A stretch of 64,000 nt of DNA, from positions 32,001-96,000 of the forward strand of contig CAVSGI010000014.1 in assembly GCA_963727445.1 (NCBI GenBank), in the 5' to 3' direction. A program made the position numbers and the translations under genes. Below, one piece after another: positions 35,757-49,559 of this stretch; the stretch's first letter is position 1; each line of letters opens with the position of its first letter. Below the pieces are notes generated by a model. That model was not told where the DNA came from. It was given only the letters and a program-made list of their open reading frames with translations, and did no database searches. Source of the DNA: an uncultured delta proteobacterium (GTDB lineage Bacteria > Myxococcota_A > Polyangia > Polyangiales > B10-G4).

Positions 35757-37806
35757 TCACGGACGAGCGACGAGCGTGGCTGCTTGGTGGGTCAGCAGCT
35801 CGGAGGCGAGCTCCACCACGAAGTCGTGCAGCGCCTCGGGATGATCCGGTGCGACCCGACATCCGACGATCCCCCGGCGCTCGTCGCACAGGACGAAGGG
35901 TTGCGCGTCCGACAGAGCGGTGATGGCGGCGGCGTCCTCGGGGCTCGCGGGTTCGATGGTGAGGTCGGGGGCGGGAAAGACCCGGCCGGTCGAAACAGCC
36001 AGCGGGTCGAATCAGATAGCGCTGCACCCGCGCCCAGTCGACGTGCGCGCCCGGTCCCGCGATGCGCGAGAGTGTGAAGCGCTCGCCGTCGTAGGTCCCT
36101 TCGAAACGCCCCCAGACCGGAGGCCGGCCGACGTCGCCACCGAGGGGCACCAGGATGAACGAGAGGACCACGGGGCCGGGTGCGATCGAGGCCGAGATGG
36201 ACGAGGCGAGGGATTCGAGTCGCGGATCACCTGGGATGTTGGCGGCCCCGATCAGGACGTCTCGACCGACGTCGAGGGCGAAGCGCGGCGCATCGTCGAC
36301 AGAGAAGCGCGCGATACCCCATGGCGGACGCTGCCCCTCGAGCGCGACCCAGAACGCGCCGCCCATGTCCGCGACCTCGGCCAGCGCCCCGATGGCTTCG
36401 ATGGTGGCTCCGAGATCGACGCGGATGGACGGCACCGGATGCGCGGGCGCCCGATAGCAGCGCGCGATGAGCGCGCGCCCCGCGATCCAGGCCGCCTCGG
36501 CGAAGGGATAGTCCACGCCCTCCACCACCGCCCGGGCCAACCCCTCGGCGGCATCACGGGCCTGTCGCCGCGGCACGACGCCGTCTTGCACCAGCGCCTG
36601 AGCGAGTCGCTCCACGTCGCTGCGCGCGAGCGCTTCGCGATGCAACATGCGGAAGCTGTCGGTGTCTCCCACGCCGTCGGCGATCGCACGGGCCGCGACC
36701 TCCTCGGCGCGCTCGATGTCGCCGATGTCGCGGGCGAGAAGCTCGAAGAGGTGAGCGCGGAACTCGGCCACCCCCGGATGTGCGTCGATGGCGCGGACCA
36801 GGAGGCGCTCGAGCTGCTCGCGCGCCCGCACGCCGGTCGGTCCCGGCATGTCTACCTGGGCTTGCCAGAGCTGGCGCTGCTCGCGGACCAGGGGGAGGTT
36901 CTCGATCTCAATCGAATCGGCGGGCTGTGGCCCACGAGCGCGCGCGTCTTCGGCCGCCGCGACGTCGATTCGTCGCTCGTCTTCGACAGCGAGCATCAGG
37001 TCTTCCCAGAGCACCCGCGTCGATTGAAAGAGGCGGCGTCCGTCGGTGTGCTCATCGCGAGACTCGGCGAGGACGGAGAGGGGAATGACGCCGAACGCCG
37101 GGCCGAGCTCGCCGACGCGCACGTCGTAGAGGTCCATCGGGGCGCGCATGGTGGAGATGTGCACCATCGAGACACGACGCTCGTCGGAGGAGGCCCGATA
37201 GTCGACGCGCTGAGGGGTGATCCCGCTGAGCTGCCGTGGCAGCCCCTCCTCCCCCCGCCATGCGGCGACCTCGAAGGCCGCCGGGAATCGCGAGGCGAGG
37301 GAAAGGCAGCGCGCCTCGGCGCCCACCCTTCGCGATTCCGGGAAGTCACCGCCGATGGCGACGGTGTGGTCGTCGAGGAAGCGCGCGCGATAACGTGCCG
37401 CACGTGGAAGGTCGCTCGGCTCGTCGCCCCAGCCGAGCCGCATGCCGCTCCGCGTGTCGAGGAAGCGCCGTACGGTCTGCCGATCCGCCGACGTGCGGAT
37501 GAGGGTGTAGGGATGCACGCGACCGAGCCGGTCGGTGGCGTAGGCGCTCGCGACCGCGACGAAGGGCGCGCCCCAGAGGAACGCAAAGGGCTCGCCTTTG
37601 CTGATCGGCAGATAGGTGCTGCGCTGCCGGTCGCTCAGCGCGCCCGGGCGCGCGACGGCGCAGCGGTACGCTCCGCGCGGCAGGCGCGCTGCGAGCTCGA
37701 GCGCCGCGTCGACCCGCGCTTCTTCCGGCAGCGCCCCACCCGCCCGCGCCCCGCTGCCGCCGCAAGCGGCAGCGAGGAGGACGACGGCGGCGAGCCGAGA
37801 GCGCAC
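35757..37806 (-). CDS. Hypothetical lipoprotein; probable frameshift near 36000
   Basis: Lipobox LLAAA-C and a helical TPR-like middle. An alternative frame reads ..EALHDFVVELASELL..-TGA at 35757. Confidence 0.55.
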
Positions 37807-37942
37807 CCATACATCCTAGCGCCCCCGGGGCTCATGAAAAGGCGCGGCCTCGCGTAGCGGAGGTCTCGCAGAGCGGCGCATGGCGCCGCGCCGCGTGACC
37901 GGAGCGAAGCGTGGCCGGGCCGGGATTGTGTTCCCGGGCGGC

Positions 37943-38365
37943 TCAGTTCCCGATTTCGTAGCCCGGAAAGAAGTAGTTCACTTCGATGCGGGCGTTTTCG
38001 AGGGAGTCCGAGCCGTGGGTGGCGTTCTCGCCGATGTTGGTGCCGAACTTCTTGCGGATGGTGCCCTCGGCGGCCTCGGCGGGGTTGGTGGCGCCCATGA
38101 GGTCGCGCCACTTCTTCACCGCGCCCTCGGCCTCGAGCGCCATCACCACCACCGGCCCGCGGGTCATGAAGTCGATGAGCTCGCCGAAGAACGGGCGCTC
38201 CTTGTGCACCGCATAGAAGCCCTCGGCCTGGGGCCGGCTCAGGCGCACCATCTTCATCGCCTTGATGGCGAGCCCGCCCTCCTCGACCATCGCGAGGATT
38301 CCGCCGATCTTGTTCTGCTCGACCGCATCGGGCTTGATGATTCCAAGCGTCCGCTCGACTGCCAT
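37943..38365 (-). CDS. ndk: Nucleoside-diphosphate kinase
   Basis: [39 protein letters not shown]. Confidence 0.97.
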   Translation of the reverse strand: MAVERTLGIIKPDAVEQNKIGGILAMVEEGGLAIKAMKMVRLSRPQAEGFYAVHKERPFFGELIDFMTRGPVVVMALEAEGAVKKWRDLMGATNPAEAAEGTIRKKFGTNIGENATHGSDSLENARIEVNYFFPGYEIGN

Positions 38366-38424
38366 TTTCTCGTTCTCCGTTTCTTTCAATACAAGCGTTG
38401 TGGGGACGTGGTCCCCGATGGTCT

Positions 38425-39297
38425 CTAGAGCATGCTCTTGAGGGTCTCGGCCATGTGGGACGGCGTCGGGGCGACCTTGACCCCGGCTTCCTCGAGCGCT
38501 GCGATCTTGGCGGCAGCGGTTCCCTTGCCGCCGCTGATGATGGCGCCCGCGTGTCCCATCCGCTTTCCGGGCGGGGCCGTGGTGCCGGCGATGAAGCCCG
38601 CGACGGGCTTGTCGAAGTGTTTCTTGATGTACTCGGCGGCCTGCTCTTCTGCGTTGCCGCCGATCTCGCCGATCATGATGACGCCGTCGGTGTCGGGGTC
38701 GTCCTTGTAGAGCTCGAGCACGTCGATGAAGTCGGTGCCGTTGACCGGGTCCCCGCCGATGCCGACGCAGGTGCTCTGACCGATGTCGAGGGCGGTGAGC
38801 TGTCCGACCGCCTCGTAGGTCAGCGTCCCGCTGCGGCTCACGACGCCGATGCGGCCGGGCTTGTGGATGTGGCCGGGCATGATGCCGATCTTGCACTCGC
38901 CCGGAGTGATGACGCCGGGACAGTTCGGGCCGATGAGGCGCGAGCGATCCTGGGAGTCGAGGACGCGACGCACCTTGATCATGTCGGCGACGGGGATGCC
39001 CTCGGTGATGGCGATGACGAGGGCGATGCCCGCGTCGACGGCCTCGAGGATGGCGTCGGCCGCGAAGGGGGGCGGAACGAAGATCGCCGTCGCGTTGGCG
39101 CCGGTCTTCTCGACGGCTTCGGCGACGGTGTCGAAGACGGGGACCTTGTCCTCGAACTTCTGGCCGCCCTTGCCCGGGACCGCGCCGGCGACGACGTTGG
39201 TCCCGTACGCCAGCATCTGCTGCGAGTGGAACGCGCCGGCCGAGCCGGTGATGCCCTGAACGACGAGGCGCGTGTCCTTGTTGACCATGATGGACAT
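38425..39297 (-). CDS. sucD: Succinate--CoA ligase alpha subunit
   Basis: [35 protein letters not shown]. Confidence 0.97.
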   Translation of the reverse strand: MSIMVNKDTRLVVQGITGSAGAFHSQQMLAYGTNVVAGAVPGKGGQKFEDKVPVFDTVAEAVEKTGANATAIFVPPPFAADAILEAVDAGIALVIAITEGIPVADMIKVRRVLDSQDRSRLIGPNCPGVITPGECKIGIMPGHIHKPGRIGVVSRSGTLTYEAVGQLTALDIGQSTCVGIGGDPVNGTDFIDVLELYKDDPDTDGVIMIGEIGGNAEEQAAEYIKKHFDKPVAGFIAGTTAPPGKRMGHAGAIISGGKGTAAAKIAALEEAGVKVAPTPSHMAETLKSML

Positions 39298-39298
39298 G

Positions 39299-40480
<1,182 letters not shown>

Positions 40481-40490
40481 CGCATGCCCC

Positions 40491-42737
<2,247 letters not shown>

Positions 42738-42998
42738 CGCTTTTCAACACTCCTGGGGGGCCACAATCGGGGGTGGGCCTTCTATCACAGAATCGCCTTC
42801 GGGGGATTGGGGGTCACTCACGGCGCCCGGGGAGACCGCCACGCAACCCTTGCTCTGCTCCGCTCAGAGCCCGCTTGGCGCACTTCGGGAGCCAAAGTAG
42901 CGCAACGATTGCTCTACTTGGGGCCCGTAGGCCCCGCAGTGGGCGGATACGCACACCGGAGCACCGCGGAATACCTCGCGAATTTCCGATTAAGACGA

Positions 42999-43014
42999 TG
43001 GCCCACTGCTTGTA
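42999..43014 (+). promoter_or_regulatory. Possible sigma54 (-24/-12) promoter for the Tad locus
   Basis: TGGCCCA-CTGC-TTGTA versus consensus TGGCACG-N4-TTGCW (GT instead of GC at -12), ~38 bp upstream of the first pilin ATG. Confidence 0.3.
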
Positions 43015-43051
43015 TATGCACCAGAGCGAGTTGCATACTCAGCGACGAGAA

Positions 43052-43243
43052 ATGGGCGAGCAACAGGACGAGAACGAAGTGCAGGAGCTCCTCGAGGACG
43101 AGAGCGGGGTGGCGTACGTCGAGTACGTCATCCTCCTCTCTTTGGTCACCGTTCTGGGGTCGGTGGCTGTCTTCTCGGTGGGCCTGCCCTTCTTCACGAC
43201 CTACCGGTTCACTCAACTTCTGGTCGCGTTGCCGTTTCCATGA
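43052..43243 (+). CDS. Flp-like pilin, atypical hydrophobic form
   Basis: Class III leader ELLEDESG^VAYVEYVILL; hydrophobic to the C-terminal LLVALPFP. Confidence 0.7.
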   Translation: MGEQQDENEVQELLEDESGVAYVEYVILLSLVTVLGSVAVFSVGLPFFTTYRFTQLLVALPFP

Positions 43244-43266
43244 GTACAGCAGGGAGAAGCAGAACA

Positions 43267-43476
43267 ATGGCGAAGAAGCTGGATATCAAGAAGCGTCGTA
43301 CGACCGAGTTGCTCGAGGATACCGAGGGTCTGACGACCGTCGAGTACATCATCATCCTCTGCCTCATCGCCGTCGTAGGCTTTGCGGTTTGGAAGAAGTT
43401 CGGCGAGACCGTGAAGACGAAGGTCAATGGTGCCAACACCACCATGGGCACGCTTCCCTCGAGCCCCACGCCGTAA
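43267..43476 (+). CDS. flp: Flp family major pilin
   Basis: ELLEDTEG^LTTVEYIIILCLIAV Flp motif; GGGAG RBS. Confidence 0.9.
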   Translation: MAKKLDIKKRRTTELLEDTEGLTTVEYIIILCLIAVVGFAVWKKFGETVKTKVNGANTTMGTLPSSPTP

Positions 43477-43508
43477 TACCCCACGACGCCCAAAGGGGTG
43501 TGTTCGAG

Positions 43509-43573
43509 CGTTCTCGGTCGGCAGATCGGCGTCGCACGTCCGTGCGACCAGGTTGAGCTGCCGACCGAGGGCG
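43509..43573 (+). promoter_or_regulatory. Strong stem-loop downstream of the pilin gene (mRNA stabiliser or attenuator)
   Basis: CTCGGTCGGCAG (43513-43524) pairs with CTGCCGACCGAG (43558-43569); inner GTCGCACG/CGTGCGAC; no U-tract. Confidence 0.5.
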
Positions 43574-43616
43574 GTCCACAGGTGAGGTGTCTTCAACGAC
43601 GGGGAAGTGACTCGGG

Positions 43617-44174
43617 ATGTTGATGTATTTGTTGATCCTCCATGCCTGCGCCATCGCCGTGACGGCGGTTGCCGCGGTCTGGGATTTGCGAACCGGACGC
43701 ATTCCGAACTGGCTCACCTTGCCGCCACTGGTGATCGCGCCCGTGGCGTACTTCTTCCTGTTCGATCTGGAGGCCGCCCTCTACTCCATCCTCGGCGCCC
43801 TCATCTGCGGCCTGGTGCCCTACTTCCTCTTCCGCCTGAAGACGGGCTCCGGCAGTCGCAAGGCCATGCATGGCGGGGACGTGAAGCTCTTCGCCGCCCT
43901 CGGCGCGATGCTCGGCATCTACTCGGGGATCGAGGCGCAGTTCTACACCGTCTTCGTCGCCGCCCTCTACGTGATGGCGCGCATGGCGTGGCACGGGAAG
44001 CTGCTGCGCGTCCTGGGCAACTCGCTGGCGCTCGTCGTCAACCCGCTGCTTCCCAAGAAGCGGCGCCGCGAGATCAACCCGGACCTCCTGCACACCATCC
44101 GTCTGGGCGGCGCGATCTTCGTGGGTACCGCGATCGCCGTCGCTCTGCGTCACCCCTACCTCCTCCCCATCTGA
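43617..44174 (+). CDS. cpaA: A24 prepilin peptidase (CpaA/TadV)
   Basis: AVWDLRTGRIPNWLT and HGGDVKLFAALG carry the catalytic Asp motifs. Confidence 0.92.
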   Translation: MLMYLLILHACAIAVTAVAAVWDLRTGRIPNWLTLPPLVIAPVAYFFLFDLEAALYSILGALICGLVPYFLFRLKTGSGSRKAMHGGDVKLFAALGAMLGIYSGIEAQFYTVFVAALYVMARMAWHGKLLRVLGNSLALVVNPLLPKKRRREINPDLLHTIRLGGAIFVGTAIAVALRHPYLLPI

Positions 44175-45097
44175 TGAAGCAAACCCGAAACGCACCTGAG
44201 GACACGACTCTCGTCGGAGACACGCGTGGCGCGGTCTACGTCGAGTTCCTTCTCGCGTTCCTGCCGGTCTTCACGATGTTCCTGGGGATGCTCCAGGCGG
44301 GCCTCATGTATGGGGCGAACCTGGTCGTCACCCACTCGGCGAGCCGGGCCGCGCGCGCGGCCGCCGTCGTCCTCGACGCACCGGAGTCGGACTTCGACGG
44401 GGACGAGCGGATGCTCGTCGACTATGGGGCGTCCTCCGGGGGCACCGACGCCATCTGCATGCTGCTGAACGTGCTGAGCGTCCCCTGCAGCTTCACCGGC
44501 GGCGAGGGCAACGCACGGCTCAACGCGATCCGCGCGGCCGCCTCCTTCCCGCTCCTGCCGATCGCGCCGAGCCTCGACCAGCAGCTCCAGGACCGCCAGG
44601 TGCTGCGCGCCGTCGGCGGTGACCCGATGATGAGCCGCACCGTCAACGGCATCCTCTACAACCGCGGCGCCGTCTCGGTGAGCTTCCCCGATCATTCGGA
44701 GCGGCGCTTCACCGTCGGCCAGAACGAAAACCTCAAGGTCCGGGTCACCTACCTGTTCCACTGCGGGATCCCGATCGCCGCGCGGTACATGTGCGACGAC
44801 CCGAAGACGCTGCCGGCGCTCGGCGGCTTCCTGTCCTATCCCACGCTTCAGGACCGCGAGCTCTTCAACCTCTTTCGGCGCAGCGGCGTGACCGCCGACG
44901 AGATCCAAGCCCACCGCGAACGCGTCCGCATCACCGAAGCCCGCCTCGATCAAGCGCGCCGAGCTTCGCCCGACCTCCTCAAGGTCCAGTCGCCGGGCAC
45001 CCTCGCCGGCCTCGCCTTCGGCGGCGGCCGCTACACCATCCTGCAGGCGCAGAGCGCCATGCGGGTCCACACCGCCAACTACGAGTACTCGGACTGA
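44174..45097 (+). CDS. TadE-like minor pilin
   Basis: DTRG^AVYVEFLLAFLP..ASRAARAAAV; TGATG coupling to cpaA. Confidence 0.85.
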   Translation: MKQTRNAPEDTTLVGDTRGAVYVEFLLAFLPVFTMFLGMLQAGLMYGANLVVTHSASRAARAAAVVLDAPESDFDGDERMLVDYGASSGGTDAICMLLNVLSVPCSFTGGEGNARLNAIRAAASFPLLPIAPSLDQQLQDRQVLRAVGGDPMMSRTVNGILYNRGAVSVSFPDHSERRFTVGQNENLKVRVTYLFHCGIPIAARYMCDDPKTLPALGGFLSYPTLQDRELFNLFRRSGVTADEIQAHRERVRITEARLDQARRASPDLLKVQSPGTLAGLAFGGGRYTILQAQSAMRVHTANYEYSD

Positions 45098-46233
45098 TGA
45101 TCAACGCGATGAAGGAGCTCTTCCTGTCGACCGGGCATCCGCCTGAAGAAGACTCGAGCCATCGGCCCGGTCTCCTCGACGACGACGGCGGCGCCATGAT
45201 GGTGATGGGCATCTTCATGGCGGTGATCCTGGTCGGCGCCATCTACTACGTGCTCGGGATCGGCCAGTCGATCATCTACCACGAGCGCATGCAGGATGCG
45301 GCGGACGCTGGCGCATTCGGCGCAGCCGTCATCCACGCCCGCGGGATGAACATCCTCGCCTTCCTGAACATCGTCAGCGCCGCGGTGATGGCGGTCCTCG
45401 TCTGTCTCAAGGTGCTCGAATACCTGCTCCTCGCCGCCTTCACCATCGCGACGGCGATCTGTGCCGCCTGCAGCTGCCCGGGTTGTTGCGGGTGCTGTCT
45501 GATCTGCCCGGTCGCCGTGGTCCTGGGCTACGGCTACGACTACGTGTCCGACGTTCGAGAGGCCGCGGAGCCACCGATCGAGACCATCCTCGACGTGAAC
45601 AAGGAGATCATGGGCGTGGTCACCATAGGCATGCCCTACGTCGCGCAGGCGAAGGTGATGGACTATGGGTCGAACACCTTCAACAAGCCCACGCGCATGG
45701 CGGGGATGACCCCGCTCTTCGGCGAGCTGGCGGCGGAGCCGGATGACTCGAATCTCTTCTGCAAGAAGGCCAGCAACGTCGGTGGCCGGATGGCCGCCAC
45801 GCTGGTCGGCCTCTGGCCCATCCGGCAGTTCGTCGGGACGGCCACCGAGTCGCTGGCGCCGCTCTTCTGCGACGACGATGAATACGCCCATCGCGTGCTC
45901 GACGATGCGGACATGGGCGACGAGAACTTCCAGTTACGCGTCTACGTCCAGGGCGACCCACCATTTTCGCTCTACGAAAAGGGTGTGGGTGTCGCCGCCT
46001 GGGGTAGGACCGACGACGCGACCAACTACGAAGCCATGCAGGAGCTGACGAAGTACTCCTACGCCCAGGCCGAGTACTACATGGACACGGAGACCAACCG
46101 TGAGGAGTGGCTCTGGCGCCTGGACTGGCGCGCTCGGCTCAGACGGTGGGAGCTGGGTGGTGATGTGGGTGAGCTGGGCAGCGTCCTCGGAAGCGTCGTC
46201 CCGCTGGGTGATCTGAACTTCTCGGTGCACTGA
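45097..46233 (+). CDS. TadG-like minor/tip pilin with Cys-rich hydrophobic hairpin
   Basis: DDGG^AMMVMGIFMAVIL; RMQDAADAGAFGAA Tad motif; ARGMNILAFLN; CAACSCPGCCGCCLIC. Confidence 0.8.
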   Translation: MINAMKELFLSTGHPPEEDSSHRPGLLDDDGGAMMVMGIFMAVILVGAIYYVLGIGQSIIYHERMQDAADAGAFGAAVIHARGMNILAFLNIVSAAVMAVLVCLKVLEYLLLAAFTIATAICAACSCPGCCGCCLICPVAVVLGYGYDYVSDVREAAEPPIETILDVNKEIMGVVTIGMPYVAQAKVMDYGSNTFNKPTRMAGMTPLFGELAAEPDDSNLFCKKASNVGGRMAATLVGLWPIRQFVGTATESLAPLFCDDDEYAHRVLDDADMGDENFQLRVYVQGDPPFSLYEKGVGVAAWGRTDDATNYEAMQELTKYSYAQAEYYMDTETNREEWLWRLDWRARLRRWELGGDVGELGSVLGSVVPLGDLNFSVH

Positions 46234-46772
46234 TGAAGACGCGGTCCACACTCCCGGCTCGAGACCACTCCGCTCCGGCCTTCTACGGGCGCCGCCGGAG
46301 GCGGCGCTCCGGCCACGCCACCGCCGAGGCGGTGATCATGATCCCGTTCTTCATCATGGTCTGGGGCTGCGTCATCTGGGCGAGCCAGTCTTTCGAGAAC
46401 GAGATCGATCTGGCGGCCAAGACCCGCGAGCACGCGTGGCAGCACGCCATGAACAACTGCAACGGCCCGAGCGGCGCGAGCGACGGCACGCAGGTCACGA
46501 GCTACTCGGGTGGCGGAATCATGGGCGCGGTCTCCGAGGTCACGAGCTTGATCGATCAGGTCATCGGCCTGTTCTCCTTCGCCAGCGAATGGCCCGGGCT
46601 GTCCTTCGACGAGCACGAGTACGTTCGCCAGGGCGTGGTGCCCTCGCCCGAGGTGGCCGGCGGCGAGGACCGGCAGACCTACTATCACGACGTGTTGATG
46701 TGTAACGAAGAGCACGACACGCCCGACATCGAAGAGACGGCGTGGAAGGCCTTCACGGTGTTCGGATTCTGA
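46233..46772 (+). CDS. TadE/F-like minor pilin
   Basis: RRRSG^HATAEAVIMIPFF; REHAW; two Cys in the mature domain. Confidence 0.75.
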   Translation: MKTRSTLPARDHSAPAFYGRRRRRRSGHATAEAVIMIPFFIMVWGCVIWASQSFENEIDLAAKTREHAWQHAMNNCNGPSGASDGTQVTSYSGGGIMGAVSEVTSLIDQVIGLFSFASEWPGLSFDEHEYVRQGVVPSPEVAGGEDRQTYYHDVLMCNEEHDTPDIEETAWKAFTVFGF

Positions 46773-47743
46773 TGGACAAGCCCAAGTACACACGAATGGG
46801 AGTGGTCTGGCGGGTCAAGCACTACGGCCCGAAGATCCTGCGGCTCAGCTTCTTCCTGGCGCTCGTCTACGTCGGCTTGCTCGCCGTCATCGGCTACCAG
46901 GCGCGGGCGCAGGTGAGTGAGCAGATGATGAGCCTGGGCGTCGACATGCTCCGCTACGAGGGCGCGGAGTATCAGCGCGCGCCGCGGACCATGTATCTGA
47001 ACGGCCAGGCGATGAAGCTCTCGACCGGCCTGGCGCCCCAGGATCTGACCTACGTCCTCGACTACTACGAGTCGCGCTGCCGCGACCGGAGCGGGCACCT
47101 CGGCGACCAGCTCCTCGAGCTGATGGAAGGCGACCCGGAGATCGGCGAGGCGGAGGCGCGCGTCCTCGACCCCACCCTGCGCGAAGAGGACGACGACGAA
47201 GGCTTCGTCGCATGCATCGACACGCTCAGCGACGAAAAGCTCGACCCCGAAGGCGTGGCCGCGGCCTTCGAGCGTTTCCAGAACTCGCTCGACCTCGCCG
47301 AGTTCGGCGAGATGCGATACATCTACGCCCAGCGCGCGGCGGAGGGCGGCACGTTCTTCGTGGCCTTCTGGATCGAAGGCTCCTTCAAGGTCGCCGACAT
47401 GTTCCCGGCCGAAGGCGATGCGCCGGGACGCGACGTCGCTGGCGTGCCCCGTCCCCCGAATTCGCGGCGGCTCCTCAGCACCTGGGAGGAAGACCAGCCG
47501 CAGGCGATCACCACCTACGTCGGAGGCACGCACGGGCCGGACGAGCTCGAGGAGTTCTACCGCGCCGAGATGCAGAGCGGCGGGTGGCACATCCTCGAGA
47601 TGGATCAGGACGTCCTCGACCAGCTCGGAGGCGCCCCGCCGCCCGAGAACTTCCTCACGTACGAGCAAGGCGACCGGATGGTCAGCATCGCGCTCTTGAA
47701 CAGCGATCAGGGCCCGACGGCGTCGATCCTCACGCACCGCTGA
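46772..47743 (+). CDS. Hypothetical bitopic membrane protein within the Tad operon
   Basis: One N-terminal TM, acidic periplasmic domain; translationally coupled (TGATG) on both sides. Confidence 0.75.
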   Translation: MDKPKYTRMGVVWRVKHYGPKILRLSFFLALVYVGLLAVIGYQARAQVSEQMMSLGVDMLRYEGAEYQRAPRTMYLNGQAMKLSTGLAPQDLTYVLDYYESRCRDRSGHLGDQLLELMEGDPEIGEAEARVLDPTLREEDDDEGFVACIDTLSDEKLDPEGVAAAFERFQNSLDLAEFGEMRYIYAQRAAEGGTFFVAFWIEGSFKVADMFPAEGDAPGRDVAGVPRPPNSRRLLSTWEEDQPQAITTYVGGTHGPDELEEFYRAEMQSGGWHILEMDQDVLDQLGGAPPPENFLTYEQGDRMVSIALLNSDQGPTASILTHR

Positions 47744-48513
47744 TGTCGACTTCACGAAAGACGACGATCCTCCTCGCGCTCGCAGGCGCAGTGCTCGCGT
47801 CGGCGGTCGTGGCCTGTGAGGATTCGGACCCGCTGCCGCGCGAAGAGGATCTTCCCAACATCCCGCGTGAGCCCGTCGATCGCCTCGGGCGCGACGACAC
47901 GACGCAAGAGGCCATGCCGGTGCGCACCAAGGTGGTCTCCGATGGCCCCTCGGACACGATCACCCTCGGCGCCTACCGCGCCGGAGGGGCTGGCGGTGGC
48001 GGGGATCGGTTGCGCGGCCGGCCGCCAGGCTTTCCCCGCGGCACCCGACAGGAGCCCGAAGACATGCACGCCGCCGCCCGTGACGCGGTGAGCCAGCAGC
48101 GGCGCGCCGGCTCCGAGGCGTGTCAGCTCGCCTACGAGGCCGCGCGCGATCTGCGTCAGGCGCGTCAATCGAAGACCCCGGGTCGCGGAAGCGGCTCGGT
48201 CGATCGCGACCAGTTCATCGAGATGTGCGAGCTCCGCCCGGACATCGAGCAGTGGTGTCTGGTGCCGAGCTACGTGCAGCAGCACTCCGACGAGTGCGAT
48301 CAGCGGGCCCACACGCGCTACGCGCGGGCCATCGAGCGTTACGAGAACCGCGCTGGCGGCGCCGCCGACGACTGGGCACCTGCCGCCGATCCCTCTTCGC
48401 CGCCAGGACCTGCCGCCGTCGACGCGCCCCAGGTCGGACCGCGAAGGGTCCCGGGGCCGGAGGACAGCGAAGGGAGCGACACGACGCCCGATTCTGCCGA
48501 GGAGGGTGAGTAG
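47743..48513 (+). CDS. Hypothetical lipoprotein
   Basis: Lipobox AVVA-C; small helical domain with 4 Cys; 3' part of ORF 47212..48513. Confidence 0.7.
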   Translation: MSTSRKTTILLALAGAVLASAVVACEDSDPLPREEDLPNIPREPVDRLGRDDTTQEAMPVRTKVVSDGPSDTITLGAYRAGGAGGGGDRLRGRPPGFPRGTRQEPEDMHAAARDAVSQQRRAGSEACQLAYEAARDLRQARQSKTPGRGSGSVDRDQFIEMCELRPDIEQWCLVPSYVQQHSDECDQRAHTRYARAIERYENRAGGAADDWAPAADPSSPPGPAAVDAPQVGPRRVPGPEDSEGSDTTPDSAEEGE

Positions 48514-48560
48514 CCCGGCCACGATTGACTCTGCGCGTCGCGCCCTCGCATGATGCCTCC

Positions 48561-49553
48561 ATGAAGAGCTCCCCCATCTTCACCCTCTGCCTCGGTGCCG
48601 CGCTCGCAATGGCGGCATGCGGCGACGACGGCGGCGCCGGCGACGGCGGGGGCATGGACGCGACGGGGCCGGGCGGCGAAGGCGCCGCCTGCAGCACCTT
48701 CACCGACTGCCGCTCCGACCTCGATTGCATCATGGGCGTCTGCACCGCCCCCGCGGGCGCGATGGGGGATCGCTGCATCTACACCGAGCGCTGCATGGAC
48801 GGTCTCTACTGCTCCGTTCCCCGCACCTGCCAGCCCGAGGGCTCCGGCACGCTCTTTTCGACATGCACCGACAGCGGCGACTGCGAAAAGCCCCTCGTCT
48901 GCGCGATGGAGGGGGGCTCTCTCCGCTGCGTGATGGGCGGGACGGGCGATATCGGGCCGCCGGGCGACCCCTGCACCACCCTGGCGGATTGCCTGCCCGG
49001 TCTCTTCTGTATGGGCGGGGTCTGCACGGGTGAAGGGGGCAGCGGCGCGGACGCCGGTCTCGACGGGAGCGGCGGCGACGGTGGGCCCTCGGACGCGAGC
49101 GCGGACGTGGGCGGCCCCTGCGAAACCGTCACCGACTGTGACGACATGAACGAGTGCACCATCGACCAGTGCGTGGGCACCCGATGCCAGTACACGCTGC
49201 AGGACGGTGACGAGGACGGCTACGCCAGCACCCTCTTCGGGAGCTCCTGCCGCGACTGCAACGACATGAACGCCGACGTCAATCCGGACCACACCGAGTT
49301 CGAGACCACGCGTCACACCGACATGCTCCCGGGCACGCCCGACAGCTTCGACTGGAACTGCGACGGGATGGACGAGCTCCAGTATCCGAGCCGCGTCCCG
49401 GCGTGCGACAGCGTTGCCGGCACCTGCTCGAGCGGGGAAGGCTGGGCGGGCGCGGTCCCCGGATGCGGCATGAGCGGCACGTGGGCGAGCTGCAGCGGTC
49501 CGCCGGGCTGCACCATCAGCACCATCGAGACCCGCGTTCAGGGTTGCCGCTGA
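48561..49553 (+). CDS. Cys-rich lipoprotein with a putative metal-binding (MopE-like) motif
   Basis: Lipobox MAA-C; Cys-rich repeats; DGDEDGY..DCNDMNADVNPD..DWNCDG. Confidence 0.75.
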   Translation: MKSSPIFTLCLGAALAMAACGDDGGAGDGGGMDATGPGGEGAACSTFTDCRSDLDCIMGVCTAPAGAMGDRCIYTERCMDGLYCSVPRTCQPEGSGTLFSTCTDSGDCEKPLVCAMEGGSLRCVMGGTGDIGPPGDPCTTLADCLPGLFCMGGVCTGEGGSGADAGLDGSGGDGGPSDASADVGGPCETVTDCDDMNECTIDQCVGTRCQYTLQDGDEDGYASTLFGSSCRDCNDMNADVNPDHTEFETTRHTDMLPGTPDSFDWNCDGMDELQYPSRVPACDSVAGTCSSGEGWAGAVPGCGMSGTWASCSGPPGCTISTIETRVQGCR

Positions 49554-49559
49554 CGAGTG

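Noticed and set aside
37837..37892. Intrinsic terminator after ndk
   Set aside because: An 8-bp stem plus T4 on the minus strand, but the ~36-nt loop is too long for a confident call.
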